From: Octopus sinensis
Lineage: Eukaryota
Direction of reading: 5' to 3'
NCBI RefSeq assembly: GCF_006345805.1
Contig: NC_043010.1
Coordinates: forward strand, 33,232,001 to 33,296,000
Length of the DNA: 64,000 bases
Shown: positions 40,681 through 55,047 of the stretch, one piece after another
Numbering within the stretch: position 1 is the first letter of the stretch
How the letters are laid out: every line of letters begins with the position of its first letter
Made by a program: the position numbers and the translations under genes
The notes under the pieces: model-generated
Told to the model about the DNA's origin: nothing
The model's input: the letters and a program-made list of their open reading frames with translations, nothing else
Databases searched by the model: none

Positions 40681-43431
40681 GCTTCTTTTCCAGAGCTACT
40701 TGATATTACCTTTAAAATGGCAAAACCCGTACACTCGACACTCCATTTTATTACAACTACTGGGCCGCCTGTTTTTTCGCGCCTACGGCGTCTTGCACCT
40801 GACCGTCTTAAAACGGCTAGGGCTGAGTTTGAGCATATGCTCCAGCTTGGTCTGATACGCCCATCCCCCAGTCCATGGGCTTCACCCCTTCATTTAGTTC
40901 GAAAAGGGGATACAGATTTTCGTCCGGTGGGAGATTATCGGCGTCTAAATTCCGGACAGATATCCAATTAGGAATCTCAATGACTTTTCAGCAAATCTCC
41001 ATGGCTGTACCATTTTTTCTAAGGTTGACCTCATACGTGCTTATCATCAAATACCGGTCAACCCAGACGATGTTCCTAAAACGGCAATTACCACTCCTTT
41101 CGGTTGTTTCGAATTTCTATACATGAGTTTTGGTTTGCGGAACGCCTGTAGTACGTTCCAACGTTTTATAGATGAAGTTGTTCGTGGACTTGATTTTGTT
41201 TTCGCGTATGTCGATGATATTCTCATCGCAAGTGATACACATGAAAATCATCTCCAGCACTTGTCTCAGCTTTTTCAGCGTCTTCGCGACTATGGTGTTC
41301 GCATTAATCCAGACAAGTGTGTTTTTGGGCAATCATCTCTTGATTTTCTCGGTCATTATATTGATTCGAGTAGAATCAAACCACTCTCGTCTAAAGTCGA
41401 TGCAATTCAGCGCATCGCACCACCTTCTTCTTTGCGTCAACTTCGCCATTTTTTGGGTATAGTTAATTTCTATCGACGCTTCATAAACCGGTGTGCGGAC
41501 AAGTTGTTTCCTTTAACGCAGATGCTAAAGGGCAATTCTAAAAAGGACGCCCGTCTTACTCTTTCAGCTGAAGCACTGTCTGCCTTTGAGTTAGTTAAAA
41601 AGGAACTAGCTTCGGTTCCTGTTTTAGCACATCCGGCTCCTGATGCTCCACTTACTTTATCTGTGGACGCATCAGATTCTGCAGTTGGCGCTGTCTTGCA
41701 GCACACCATAGATGGTGAAACTAAACCTTTGGCTTTCTTCTCTTGCCAGCTAATTGGATTTCTAGGTATGGTGTACCGTCCAGTTTAACCACAGATCGTG
41801 GTCGAGAATTCGAAGCGGTTTTATTTCGTGAGTAATCACGAATCCTGGGGATGCATCATATACGCACCACTAGTTACCATCCCGCTTCTAATGGGATGGT
41901 GGAGCGTTTCCACAGGCAACTTAAGGCCGCGTTGCGTGCCTCGCCGAATCCACAGTCGTGGACTGAATTTCTTCCTATCGTCCTGCTTGGATGTCGGACT
42001 GCGATTAAAACAGATCTTGGTTTTTCTTCTGCCGAGCTCTTGTATGGTACCACACTGGCATTGCCTGGTACGATGTTGGTGCCAGACAAGTCACAGTTTC
42101 TTAATTTAGAGTCTTATGTTGCTCGACTATGCAGATATTTTTCTGCCCTTCCTCCAATGGGCCCTCGACACCAAAATCCTCCTTCTAATGTGCCATCAGA
42201 TCTTGATTCTTGGACGCATGTTTTTGTTCGTGATGATTCTGTCAAAGGACCTCTTGTTTCACCTTATAAAGGACCTTTTCGTGTGATTTCCCGAACGCCG
42301 AAAGTGTTAAAACTTGACATTAACGGTCGTTCGGAGACCGTCTCCGTAGACCGTCTAAAAAGGGCATATTTTGAGGTGTCCACATCTTTTGATGACCCCA
42401 CTTCCACAACCATCGTTGAACCTTCACATGCACCTTTGAGAACACCACCATTCACACATGCACCTTTGACAACACCACCATTTACACATGCAACTTTATC
42501 AACACCAACATCGTCGTCGCAGCCCGCATCGAACAAACCTTATGTTATGAGGTCAGGCAGAACTGTTCACTGGCCAAAGAAACTTTCAAAGACGATTTTA
42601 TTTAACATTCTCAATTGACTATATTGTAGATTTCTATAAGATACAAAGGGAGGCAGATAAAATCTGCCTTTTATAATAAGAGATCCCTTGGTTCTGGGCG
42701 TGCAAGGCTGAACTTTAACGCTGTAAGATTTTACAATGTTCAACTGCAAACAGAACTGGTCAAAATGGCGTCCTTAGGGAGCGAAGATAATACGCGTCTG
42801 CTTCAATGAAAGGCTTTCTGCTGTCTGCTGACTGCTATGTGTCCCTCTGGACGCTCAGTTGGTCAACGTTTTACGCTCCCTTGCCTCTTTGTTAAGGTTC
42901 GCATTCCCCTGCCATTCAACTAATGCCACGACAGCAAATCTGTTCTTCCGGTCATCGCGCATGCGCGAGAGGGCCCTTCCCTTCCGCCTTCGCGTATGCG
43001 CGAGAGAGCGTTGGGCGCACGCACCGTTGTATTGATCACTACAAATCTATTTACCACGCTCTGTATTTAGACACACACACATTTTCCGTTTTGTTGCTAG
43101 GAAACCATTAACTGTTGCAGATAGTGTTCTATTTTTATAAGACATCAGTGCTAGTTGCTGGCCTCTTAAGACGCCCGACCGCTATTTTAAATACACTCAA
43201 GCCTGCTTGCTGCTTAGATAATTTTATCGTCATGTCTGACTATCCTGTGAAAAAAGGACGTGAACCGGGGTACATGAGACACGGTGAGACAATATTATTA
43301 TTAATAATTATTTGCACATATAATTTGCCATTAATAGCCGACCAGAATGTATCGTGGCTCTCCACTCCGATATTCGAAACTTTGAGTACTATAATGACAA
43401 CCTTTTACTGTTTGTTCTAAATTATAATATA

Positions 43432-44622
43432 CTAGCAGTATCGCCCGGCGTTGCTCGGGTTTGTAAGGGAAATAACTATATAAGCATTTTTAGAGAGTTA
43501 TAGCCAAAAAATAGCAAAAAAAATGCATTAAAAATGGAAAAAAAATTAAGGTAAATTTTTTTTTAAATCGTTGACACATCGGAGATGTTTTTAGAGAGTT
43601 ATTTCCCTTATATAATAGCGAAAAAATGCATTAAAATGGAAAAATATGATGGTAAATTTTTTTTAAATCGTAGACTCATCGTAGACGCGCGCTAATACCC
43701 AGTAGGGCTCGATATGACTCACGACTATAAGATACCCGGTTTTGGTTACACTGCACCGCAAAATGTGGGAGTAGTTAGGAATCTAAATCGTAGGAGACAG
43801 ACACACAACCTTTCTTTTATATATAATATTTTCGTCCTAAAAGACTTTGTATGGATTGAATGGTTACCTCTATGGAAATATATACACGCACATTATACAT
43901 ACATGTGTGTATAGATGAATATATAAATACATTTAAATATCTATTTACACTTTTGGGCGAACTTTCTGTTTCTTAGAGATAACTTTATCCCGTCCGATTC
44001 GCTCCAAAATTTACAGGGACATGTAGAATGAGGTGATGATGCTCGTGGGCTACCTTAGAAATCCATATCTTAAAACGTGTGGTTGCTAGGGGCCATCTTC
44101 CTCACTCACCCTATTTCCTCCAGTACCCTGTCACTCCTCTTCATTGACAGGCCACTACGGTTATTTAATGTAAAGTCTTCCTCAAATCACTCTCTCGCTA
44201 TTTACTCCTCTCTTCCAAGAACATTTTCACTCACACTTATCTCTTAGCTTCCCATACATTTTACTCATGTATCTATCAGCGTCATAGACAGAAACAAATA
44301 TTACATCGCCATCGCATTCTATTGTCTACCTGTCAACACACACACAGTGAATTACTTTCACTTTATTCGTAGCACACTGTGTGTGTGCGTATGCGTGTGC
44401 TGTAGCCCACACTAAGAAAAGCATTTGACATACACACCACAATGTGTGTTTTCTCTAAATTTTGCTTAATTGGGGTTGACATTTTAAAAACTGGACCTGG
44501 CACGACCCGATGCATTCTACTCTTAAAAATGCTAGGTAAATTGTAATTGAAGAAATCCTATATTGTAGATTTCTATAAGATACAAAGGGAGGCAGATAAA
44601 ATCTGCCTTTTATAATAAGAGA
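43432..44622 (-). mobile_element. Non-autonomous Helitron, representative array copy
   Basis: Minus strand A|TCTCTTATTATAAAAGGCAG...CCCGAGCAACGCCGGGCGATACTGCTAG|T; same termini as 30545-32872. Other copies: 45371-46559, 47308-48498, 49245-50433, 51180-52357, 53108-54299. Confidence 0.9.
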
Positions 44623-47600
44623 TCCCTTGGTTCTGGGCGTGCAAGGCTGAACTTTTACGCTGTAAGATTTTACAATGTTCAACTGCAAACAGAACTGGTC
44701 AAAATGGCGTCCTTAGGGAGCGAAGATAATACGCGTCTGCTTCAATGAAAGGCTTTCTGCTGTCTGCTGACTGCTATGTCCCTCTGGACGCTCAGTTGGT
44801 CAACGTTTTACGCTCCCTTGCCTCTTTGTTAAGGTTCGCCTTCCCCTGCCATTCAACTAATGCCACGACAGCAAATCTGTTCTTCCGGTCATCCCGCATG
44901 CGCGAGAGGGCCCTTCCCTCCGCCTTCGCGTATGCGCGAGAGAGAGCGTTGCGCGCGCGCACCGTTGTATTGATCACTACAAATCTATTTACCACGCTCT
45001 GTATTTAGACACACACACATTTTCCGTTTTGTTGCTAGGAAACCATTAACTGTTGCAGATAGTGTTCTATTTTTATAAGACATCAGTGCTAGTTGCTGGC
45101 CTCTTAAGACGCCCGACCGCTATTTTAAATACACTCAAGCCTGCTTGCTGCTTAGATAATTTTATCGTCATGTCTGACTATCCTGTGAAAAAAGGACGTG
45201 AACCCGGGGTACATGAGACACGGTGAGACAATATTATTATTAATAATTATTTGCACATATAATTTGCCATTAATAGCCGACCAGAATGTATCGTGGCTCT
45301 CCACTCCGATATTCGAAACTTTGAGTACTATAATGACAACCTTTTACTGTTTGTTCTAAATTATAATATACTAGCAGTATCGCCCGGCGTTGCTCGGGTT
45401 TGTAAGGGAAATAACTATATAAGCATTTTTAGAGAGTTATAGCCAAAAAATAGCAAAACAATGCATTAAAAATGGAAAAAAAATTAAGGTAAATTTTTTT
45501 TAAATCGTTGACACATCGTAGATATTTTTAGAGAGTTGTTTCCCTTATATAATAGCGAAAAAATGCATTAAAATGGAAAAATATGATGGTAAATTTTTTT
45601 TAAATCGTAGACTCATCGTAGACGCGCGCTAATACCCAGTAGGGCTCGATATGACTCACGACTATAAGATACCCGGTTTTGGTTACACTGCACCGCAAAA
45701 TGTGGGAGTAGTTAGGAATCTAAATCGTAGGAGACAGACACACAACCTTTCTTTTATATATAAATATTTTCGTCCTAAAAGACTTTGTATGGATTGAATG
45801 GTTACCTCTATGGAAATATATACACGCACATTATACATACATGTGTGTATAGATGAATATATAAATACATTTAAATATCTATATACACTTTTGGCGAACT
45901 TTCTGTTTCTTAGAGATAACTTTATCCCGTCCGATTCGCTCCAAAATTTACAGGGACATGTAGAATGAGGTGACGATGCTCGTGGGCTACCTTAGAAATC
46001 CCTATCTTAAAAGGTGTGGTTGCTAGGGGCCATCTTCCTCACTCACCCTATTTCCTCCAGTACCCTGTCACTCCTCTTCATTTGACAGGCCACTACGGTT
46101 ATTTAATGTAAAGTCTTCCTCAAATCACTCTCTCGCTATTTACTCCTCTCTTCCAAGAACATTTTCACTCACACTTATCTCTTAGCTCCCATACATTTTA
46201 CTCATGTATCTATCAGCGTCATAGACAGAAACAAATATTACATCGCCATCGCATTCTATTGTCTACCTGTCAACACACACACAGTGAATTACTTTCACTT
46301 TATTCGTAGCACACTGTGTGTGTGCGTATGCGTGTGCTGTAGCCCACACTAAGAAAAGCATTTGACATACACACCACAATGTGAGTTTTCTCTAAATTTT
46401 GCTTAATTGGGGTTGACATTTTAAAAACTGGACCTGGCACGACCCGATGCATTCTACTCTTAAAAATGCTAGGTAAATTGCAATTGAAGAAATCCTATAT
46501 TGTAGATTTCTATAAGATACAAAGGGAGGCAGATAAAATCTGCCTTTTATAATAAGAGATCCCTTGGTTCTGGGCGTGCAAGGCTGAATTTTAACGCTGT
46601 AAGATTTTACAATGTTCAACTGCAAACAGAACTGGTCAAAATGGCGTCCTTAGGGAGCGAAGATAATACGCGTCTGCTTCAATGAAAGGCTTTCTGCTGT
46701 CTGCTGACTGCTATGTGTCCCTCTGGACGCTCAGTTGGTCAACGTTTTACGCTCCCTTGCCTCTTTGTTAAGGTTCGCCTTCCCCTGCCATTCAACTAAT
46801 GCCACGACAGCAAATCTGTTCTTCCGGTCATCGCGCATGCGCGAGAGGGCCCTCCCTTCCGCCTTCGCGTATGCGCGAGAGAGCGTTGCGCGCGCGCACC
46901 GTTGTATTGATCACTACAAATCTATTTACCACGCTCTGTATTTAGACACACACACATTTTCCGTTTTGTTGCTAGGAAACCATTAACTGTTGCAGATAGT
47001 GTTCTATTTTTATAAGACATCAGTGCTAGTTGCTGGCCTCTTAAGACGCCCGACCGCTATTTTAAATACACTCAAGCCTGCTTGCTGCTTAGATAATTTT
47101 ATCTTCATGTCTGACTATCCTGTGAAAAAAGGACGTGAACCCGGGGTACATGAGACATGGTGAGACAATATTATTATTAATAATTATTTGCACATATAAT
47201 TTGCCATTAATAGCCGACGAGAATGTATCGTGGCTCTCCACTCCGATATTCCAAACTTTGAGTACTATAATGACAACCTTTTACTGTTTGTTCTAAATTA
47301 TAATATACTAGCAGTATCGCCCGGCGTTGCTCGGGTTTTCGGGTTTGTAAGGAATAACTATATAAGCATTTTTAGAGAGTTATAGCCAAAAAATAGCAAA
47401 ACAATGCATTAAAATGGAAAAAAAATTAAGGTAAATTTTTTTTAAATCGTTGACACATCGTAGATATTTTTAGAGAGTTGTTTCCCTTATATAATAGCGA
47501 AAAAATGCATTAAAATGGAAAAATATGATGGTAAATTTTTTTTAAATCGTAGACTCATCGTAGACGCGCGCTAATACCCAGTAGGGCTCGATATGACTCA

Positions 47601-50600
47601 CGACTATAAGATACCCGGTTTTGGTTACACTGCACCGCAAAATGTGGGAGTAGTTAGGAATCTAAATCGTAGGAGACAGACACACAACCTTTCTTTTATA
47701 TATAAATATTTTCGTCCTAAAAGACTTTGTATGGATTGAATGGTTACCTCTATGGAAATATACACGCACATTATACATACATGTGTGTATAGATGAATAT
47801 ATAAATACATTTAAATATCTATATACACTTTTGGCGAACTTTCTGTTTCTTAGAGATAACTTTATCCCGTCCGATTCGCTCCAAAATTTACAGGGACATG
47901 TAGAATGAGGTGACGATGCTCGTGGGCTACCTTAGAAATCCCTATCTTAAAAGGTGTGGTTGCTAGGGGCCATCTTCCTCACTCACCCTATTTCCTCCAG
48001 TACCCTGTCACTCCTCTTCATTTGACAGGCCACTACGGTTATTTAATGTAAAGTCTTCCTCAAATCACTCTCTCGCTATTTACTCCTCTCTTCCAAGAAC
48101 ATTTTCACTCACACTTATCTCTTAGCTTCCCATACATTTTACTCATGTATCTATCAGCGTCATAGACAGAAACAAATATTACATCGCCATCGCATTCTAT
48201 TGTCTACCTGTCAACACACACACAGTGAATTACTTTCACTTTATTCGTAGCACACTGTGTGTGTGCGTATGCGTGTGCTGTAGCCCACACTAAGAAAAGC
48301 ATTTGACATACACACCACAATGTGAGTTTTCTCTAAATTTTGCTTAATTGGGGTTGACATTTTAAAAACTGGACCTGGCACGACCCGATGCATTCTACTC
48401 TTAAAAATGCTAGGTAAATTGCAATTGAAGAAATCCTATATTGTAGATTTCTATAAGATACAAAGGGAGGCAGATAAAATCTGCCTTATAATAAGAGATC
48501 CCTTGGTTCTGGGCGTGCAAGGCTGAATTTTAACGCTGTAAGATTTTACAATGTTCAACTGCAAACAGAACTGGTCAAAATGGCGTCCTTAGGGAGCGAA
48601 GATAATACGCGTCTGCTTCAATGAAAGGCTTTCTGCTGTCTGCTGACTGCTATGTGTCCCTCTGGACGCTCAGTTGGTCAACGTTTTACGCTCCCTTGCC
48701 TCTTTGTTAAGGTTCGCCTTCCCCTGCCATTCAACTAATGCCACGACAGCAAATCTGTTCTTCCGGTCATCGCGCATGCGCGAGAGGGCCCTTCCCTTCC
48801 GCCTTCGCGTATGCGCGAGAGAGCGTTGCGCGCGCGCACCGTTGTATTGATCACTACAAATCTATTTACCACGCTCTGTATTTAGACACACACACATTTT
48901 CCGTTTTGTTGCTAGGAAACCATTAACTGTTGCAGATAGTGTTCTATTTTTATAAGACATCAGTGCTAGTTGCTGGCCTCTTAAGACGCCCGACCGCTAT
49001 TTTAAATACACTCAAGCCTGCTTGCTGCTTAGATAATTTTATCGTCATGTCTGACTATCCTGTGAAAAAAGGACGTGAACCCGGGGTACATGAGACATGG
49101 TGAGACAATATTATTATAAATTATTTGCACATATAATTTGCCATTAATAGCCGACGAGAATGTATCGTGGCTCTCCACTCCGATATTCCAAACTTTGAGT
49201 ACTATAATGACAACCTTTTACTGTTTGTTCTAAATTATAATATACTAGCAGTATCGCCCGGCGTTGCTCGGGTTTGTAAGGGAAATAACTATATAAGCAT
49301 TTTTAGAGAGTTATAGCCAAAAAATAGCAAAACAATGCATTAAAAATGGAAAAAAAATTAAGGTAAATTTTTTTTTAAATCGTTGACACATCGTAGATAT
49401 TTTTAGAGAGTTGTTTCCTTATATAATGGCGAAAAAATGCATTAAAATGGAAAAATATGATGGTAAATTTTTTTTAATCGTAGACTCATCGTAGACGCGC
49501 GCTAATACCCAGTAGGGCTCGATATGACTCACGACTATAAGATACCCGGTTTTGGTTACACTGCACCGCAAAATGTGGGAGTAGTTAGGAATCTAAATCG
49601 TAGGAGACAGACACACAACCTTTCTTTTATATATAAATATTTTCGTCCTAAAAGACTTTGTATGGATTGAATGGTTACCTCTATGGAAATATATACACGC
49701 ACATTATACATACATGTGTGTATAGATGAATATATAAATACATTTTAAATCTATATACACTTTTGGGCGAACTTTCTGTTTCTTAGAGATAACTTTATCC
49801 CGTCCGATTCGCTCCAAAATTTACAGGGACATGTAGAATGAGGTGACGATGCTCGTGGGCTACCTTAGAAATCCCTATCTTAAAAGGTGTGGTTGCTAGG
49901 GGCCATCTTCCTCACTCACCCTATTTCCTCCAGTACCCTGTCACTCCTCTTCATTTGACAGGCCACTACGGTTATTTAATGTAAAGTCTTCCTCAAATCA
50001 CTCTCTCGCTATTTACTCCTCTCTTCCAAGAACATTTTCACTCACACTTATCTCTTAGCTTCCCATACATTTTACTCATGTATCTATCAGCGTCATAGAC
50101 AGAAACAAATATTACATCGCCATCGCATTCTATTGTCTACCTGTCAACACACACACAGTGAATTACTTTCACTTTATTCGTAGCACACTGTGTGTGTGCG
50201 TATGCGTGTGCTGTAGCCCACACTAAGAAAAGCATTTGACATACACACCACAATGTGAGTTTTCTCTAAATTTTGCTTAATTGGGGTTGAAATTTTAAAA
50301 AGTGGACCTGGTAAGACCCGATGCATTCTACTCTTAAAAATGCTAGGTAAATTGTAATTGAAGAAATCCTATATTGTAGATTTCTATAAGATACAAAGGG
50401 AGGCAGATAAAATCTGCCTTTTATAATAAGAGATCCCTTGGTTCTGGGCGTGCAAGGCTGAACTTTAACGCTGTAAGATTTTACAATGTTCAACTGCAAA
50501 CAGAACTGGTCAAAATGGCGTCCTTAGGGAGCGAAGATAATACGCGTCTGCTTCAATGAAAGGCTTTCTGCTGTCTGCTGACTGCTATGTGTCCCTCTGG

Positions 50601-53600
50601 ACGCTCAGTTGGTCAACGTTTTACGCTCCCTTGCCTCCTTGTTAAGGTTCGCATTCCCCTGTCATTCAAGTAATGCCACGACAGCAAATCTGTTCTTCCG
50701 GTCATCGCGCATGCGCGAGAGTGCCCTTCCCTCCGCCTTCGCGTATGCGAGAGAGAGCGTTGCGCGCGCGCACCGTTGTATTGATCACTACAATCTATTT
50801 ACCACGCTCTTGTATTTAGACACACACACATTTTCCGTTTTGTTGCTAGGAAACCATTAACTGTTGCAGATAGTGTTCTATTTTTATAAGACATCAGTGC
50901 TAGTTGCTGGCCTCTTAAGACGCCCGACCGCTATTTTAAATACACTCAAGCCTGCTTGCTGCTTAGATAATTTTATCGTCATGTCTGACTATCCTGTGAA
51001 AAAAGGACGTGAACCGGGGTACATGAGACACGGTGAGACAATATTATTATTAATAATTATTTGCACATATAATTTGCCATTAATAGCCGACGAGAATGAA
51101 TCGTGCTCTCCACTCCGATATTCGAAACTTTGAGTACTATAATGACAACCTTTTACTGTTTGTTCTAAATTATAATATACTAAGCAGTATCGCCCGGCGT
51201 TGCTCGGGTTTGTAAGGGAAATAACTATATAAGCATTTTCAGAGAGTTATAGCCAAAAAATAGCAAAACAATGCATTAAAAATGGAAAAAAAATTAAGGT
51301 AAATTTTTTTTTAAATCGTTGACACACGATAGATATTTTTAGAGAGTTACTTCCCTTATATAATAGCGAAAAAATGCATTAAAATGGAAAAATATGATGG
51401 TAAATTTGTTTTAGATCGTAGACTCATCGTAGACACGCGCTAAAACACAGTAGGGCTCGATATGACTCACGACTATAAGATACCCCGTTTTGGTTACACT
51501 GCACCGCAAAATGTGGGAGTAGTTAGGAATCTAAATCGTAGGAGACAGACACACAAGCTTTCTTTTATATAAAAATTTTCGTCCTAAAAGACTTTGTATG
51601 GATTGAATGGTTACCTCTATGGAAATATATACACGCACATTATACATACATGTGTGTATAGATGAATATATAATACATTTAAATATCTATATACACTTTT
51701 GGGCGAACTTTCTGTTTCTTAGAGATAACTTTATCCCGTCCGATTCGCTCCAAAATTTACAGGGACATGTAGAATGAGGTGACGATGCTCGTGGGCTACC
51801 TTAGAAATCCCTATCTTAAAAGGTGTGGTTGCTAGGGGCCATCTTCCTCACTCATCCTATTTCCTCCAGTACCCTGTCACTCTCTTCATTTGACAGGCCA
51901 CTACGGTTATTTAATGTAAAGTCTCCTCAAATCACTCTCTCGCTATTTACTCTCTTCCAAGAACATTTTAACTCACACTTATCTCTTAGCTTCCCATAGA
52001 TTTTACTCATGTATCTATCAGCGTCATAGACAGACAAATATTACATCGCCATCGCATTCTATTGTCTACCTGTCAACACACATACAGTGAATTACTTTCA
52101 CTTTATTCGTAGCACACTGTGTGTGTGCGTATGCGTGTGCTGTAGCCCACACTAAAAGCATTTGACATACACACCACAATGTGAGTTTTCTCTAAATTTT
52201 GCTTAATTGGGGTTGACATTTTAAAAACTGGACTGGCACGACCCGATGCATTCTATTCTTAAAAATGCTGGGTAAATTGTAATTGAAGAAATCCTATATT
52301 GTAGATTTCTATAAGATACAAAGGGAGCAGATAAAATCTGCCTTTTATAATAAGAGATCCCTTGGTTCTGGCGTGCAAGGCTGAACTTTAACGCTGTAAG
52401 ATTTTACAATGTTCAACTGCAAACAGAACTGGTCAAAATGGCGTCCTTAGGGAGCGAAGATAATACGCGTCTGCTTCAATGAAAGGCTTTCTGCTGTCTG
52501 CTGACTGCTATGTGTCCCTCTGGACGCTCAGTTGGTCAACGTTTTACGCTCCCTTGCCTCTTTGTTAAGGTTCGCCTTCCCCTGCCATTCAACTAATGCC
52601 ACGACAGCAAATCTGTTCTTCCGGTCATCGCGCATGCGCGAGAGGGCCCTTCCCTTCCGCCTTCGCGTATGCGCGAGAGAGCGTTGCGCGCGCGCACCGT
52701 TGTATTGATCACTACAAATCTATTTACCACGCTCTGTATTTAGACACACACACACATTTTCCGTTTTGTTGCTAGGAAACCATTAACTGTTGCAGATAGT
52801 GTTCTATTTTTATAAGACATCAGTGCTAGTTGCTGGCTCTCTAATAAGACGCCCGACCGCTATTTTAAATACACTCAAGCCTGCTTGCTGCTTAGATAAT
52901 TTTATCTTCATGTCTGATTATCCTGAAAAAAGGACGTGAACCCGGGGTACATGAGACACGGTGAGACAATATTATTATTAATAATTATTTGCACATAAAT
53001 TTGCCATTAATAGCCGACGAGAATGTATCGTAGCTCTCCACTCCGATATTCGAAACTTTGAGTACTATAATGACAACCTTTTACTGTTTGTTCTAAATTA
53101 TAATATACTAGCAGTATCGCCCGGCGTTGCTCGGGTTTCTAAGGGAAATAACTATATAAGCATTTTTAGAGAGTTATAGCCAAAAAATAGCAAAACAATG
53201 CATTAAAAATGGAAAAAAAATTAAGGTAAATTTTTTTTTAAATCGTTGACACATCGTAGATATTTTTAGAGAGTTATTTCCCGTATATAATAGCGAAAAA
53301 ATGCATTAAAATGGAAAAATATGATGGTAAATTTTTTTTAAATCGTAGACTCATCGTAGACGCGCGCTAATACCCAGAAGGGCTCGATATGACTCACGAC
53401 TATAAGATACCCGGTTTTGGTTACACTGCACCGCAAAATGTGGGAGTAGTTAGGAATCTAAATCGTAGGAGACAGACACACAACCTTTCTTTTATATATA
53501 AATATTTTCGTCCTAAAAGACTTTGTATGGATTGAATGGTTACCTCTATGGAAATATATACACGCACATTATACATACATGTGTGTATAGATGAATATAT

Positions 53601-55047
53601 AAATACATTTAAATATCTATATACACTTTTGGGCGAACTTTCTGTTTCTTAGAGATAACTTTATCCCGTCCGATTCGCTCCAAAATTTACAGGGACATGT
53701 AGAATGAGGTGATGATGCTCGTGGGCTACCTTAGAAATCCCTATCTTAAAAGGTGTGGTTGCTAGGGGCCATCTTCCTCACTCACCCTATTTCCTCCAGT
53801 ACCCTGTCACTCCTCTTCATTTGACAGGCCACTACGTTTATTTAATGTAAAGTCTTCCTCAAATAACTCTCTCGCTATTTACTCCTATCTTCCAAGAACA
53901 TTTTCACTCACACTTATCTCTTAGCTTCCCATACATTTTACTCATGTATCTATCAGCGTCATAGACAGAAACAAATATTACATCGCCATCGCATTCTATT
54001 GTCTACCTGTCAACACACATACAGTGAATTACTTTCACTTTATTCGTAGCACACTGTGTGTGTGCGTATGCGTGTGCTGTAGCCCACACTAAGAAAAGCA
54101 TTTGACATACACACCACAATGTGAGTTTTCTCTAAATTTTGCTTAATTGGGGTTGAAATTTTAAAAACTGGACCTGGCACGACCCGATGCATTCTACTCT
54201 TAAAAATGCTAGGTAAATTGTAATTGAAGAAATCCTATATTGTAGATTTCTATAAGATACAAAGGGAGGCAGATAAAATCTGCCTTTTATAATAAGAGAT
54301 CCCTTGGTTCTGGGCGTGCAAGGCTGAACTTTAACGCTGTAAGATTTTACAATGTTCAACTGCAAACAGAACTGGTCAAAATGGCGTCCTTAGGGAGCGA
54401 AAATAATACGCGTCTGCTTCAATGAAAGGCTTTCTGCTGTCTGCTGACTGCTATGTGTCCCTCTGGACGCTCAGTTGGTCAACGTTTTACGCTCCTTTGC
54501 CTCTTTGTTAAGGTTCGCCTTCCCCTGCCATTCAACTAATGCCACGACAGCAAATCTGTTCTTCCGGTCATCGCGCATGCGCGAGAGGGTCTTCCCTTCC
54601 GCCTTCGCGTATGCGCGAGAGAGCGTTGCGCGCTCGCACCGTTGTATTGATCACTACAAATCTATTTACCACGCTCTGTATTTAGACACACACACATTTT
54701 CCGTTTTGTTGCTAGGAAACCATTAACTGTTGCAGATAGTGTTCTATTTTTATAAGACATCAGTGCTAGTTGCTGGCCTCTTAAGACGCCCGACCGCTAT
54801 TTTAAATACACTCAAGCCTGCTTGCTGCTTAGATAATTTTATCGTCATGTCTGACTATCCTGTGAAAAAAGGACGTGAACCCGGGGTACATGAGACACGC
54901 TGAGACAATATTATTATTAATAATTATTTGCACATATAATTTGCCATTAATAGCCGACCAGAATGTATCGTGGCTCTCCACTCCGATATTCGAAACTTTG
55001 AGTACTATAATGACAACCTTTTACTGTTTGTTCTAAATTATAATATA

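Larger units (their letters stand above)
35040..42618 (+). mobile_element. Outer truncated CsRN1-like Gypsy element, split by the inner element
   Basis: Protease tail (ILGADFL) at 35040-35339 continues at 40681 (LLA|SFPELL); RT with YVDD, start of RNase H, deletion near 41750 into integrase (YHPASNGMVERFH, GPF); no LTRs or gag left. Confidence 0.92.
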
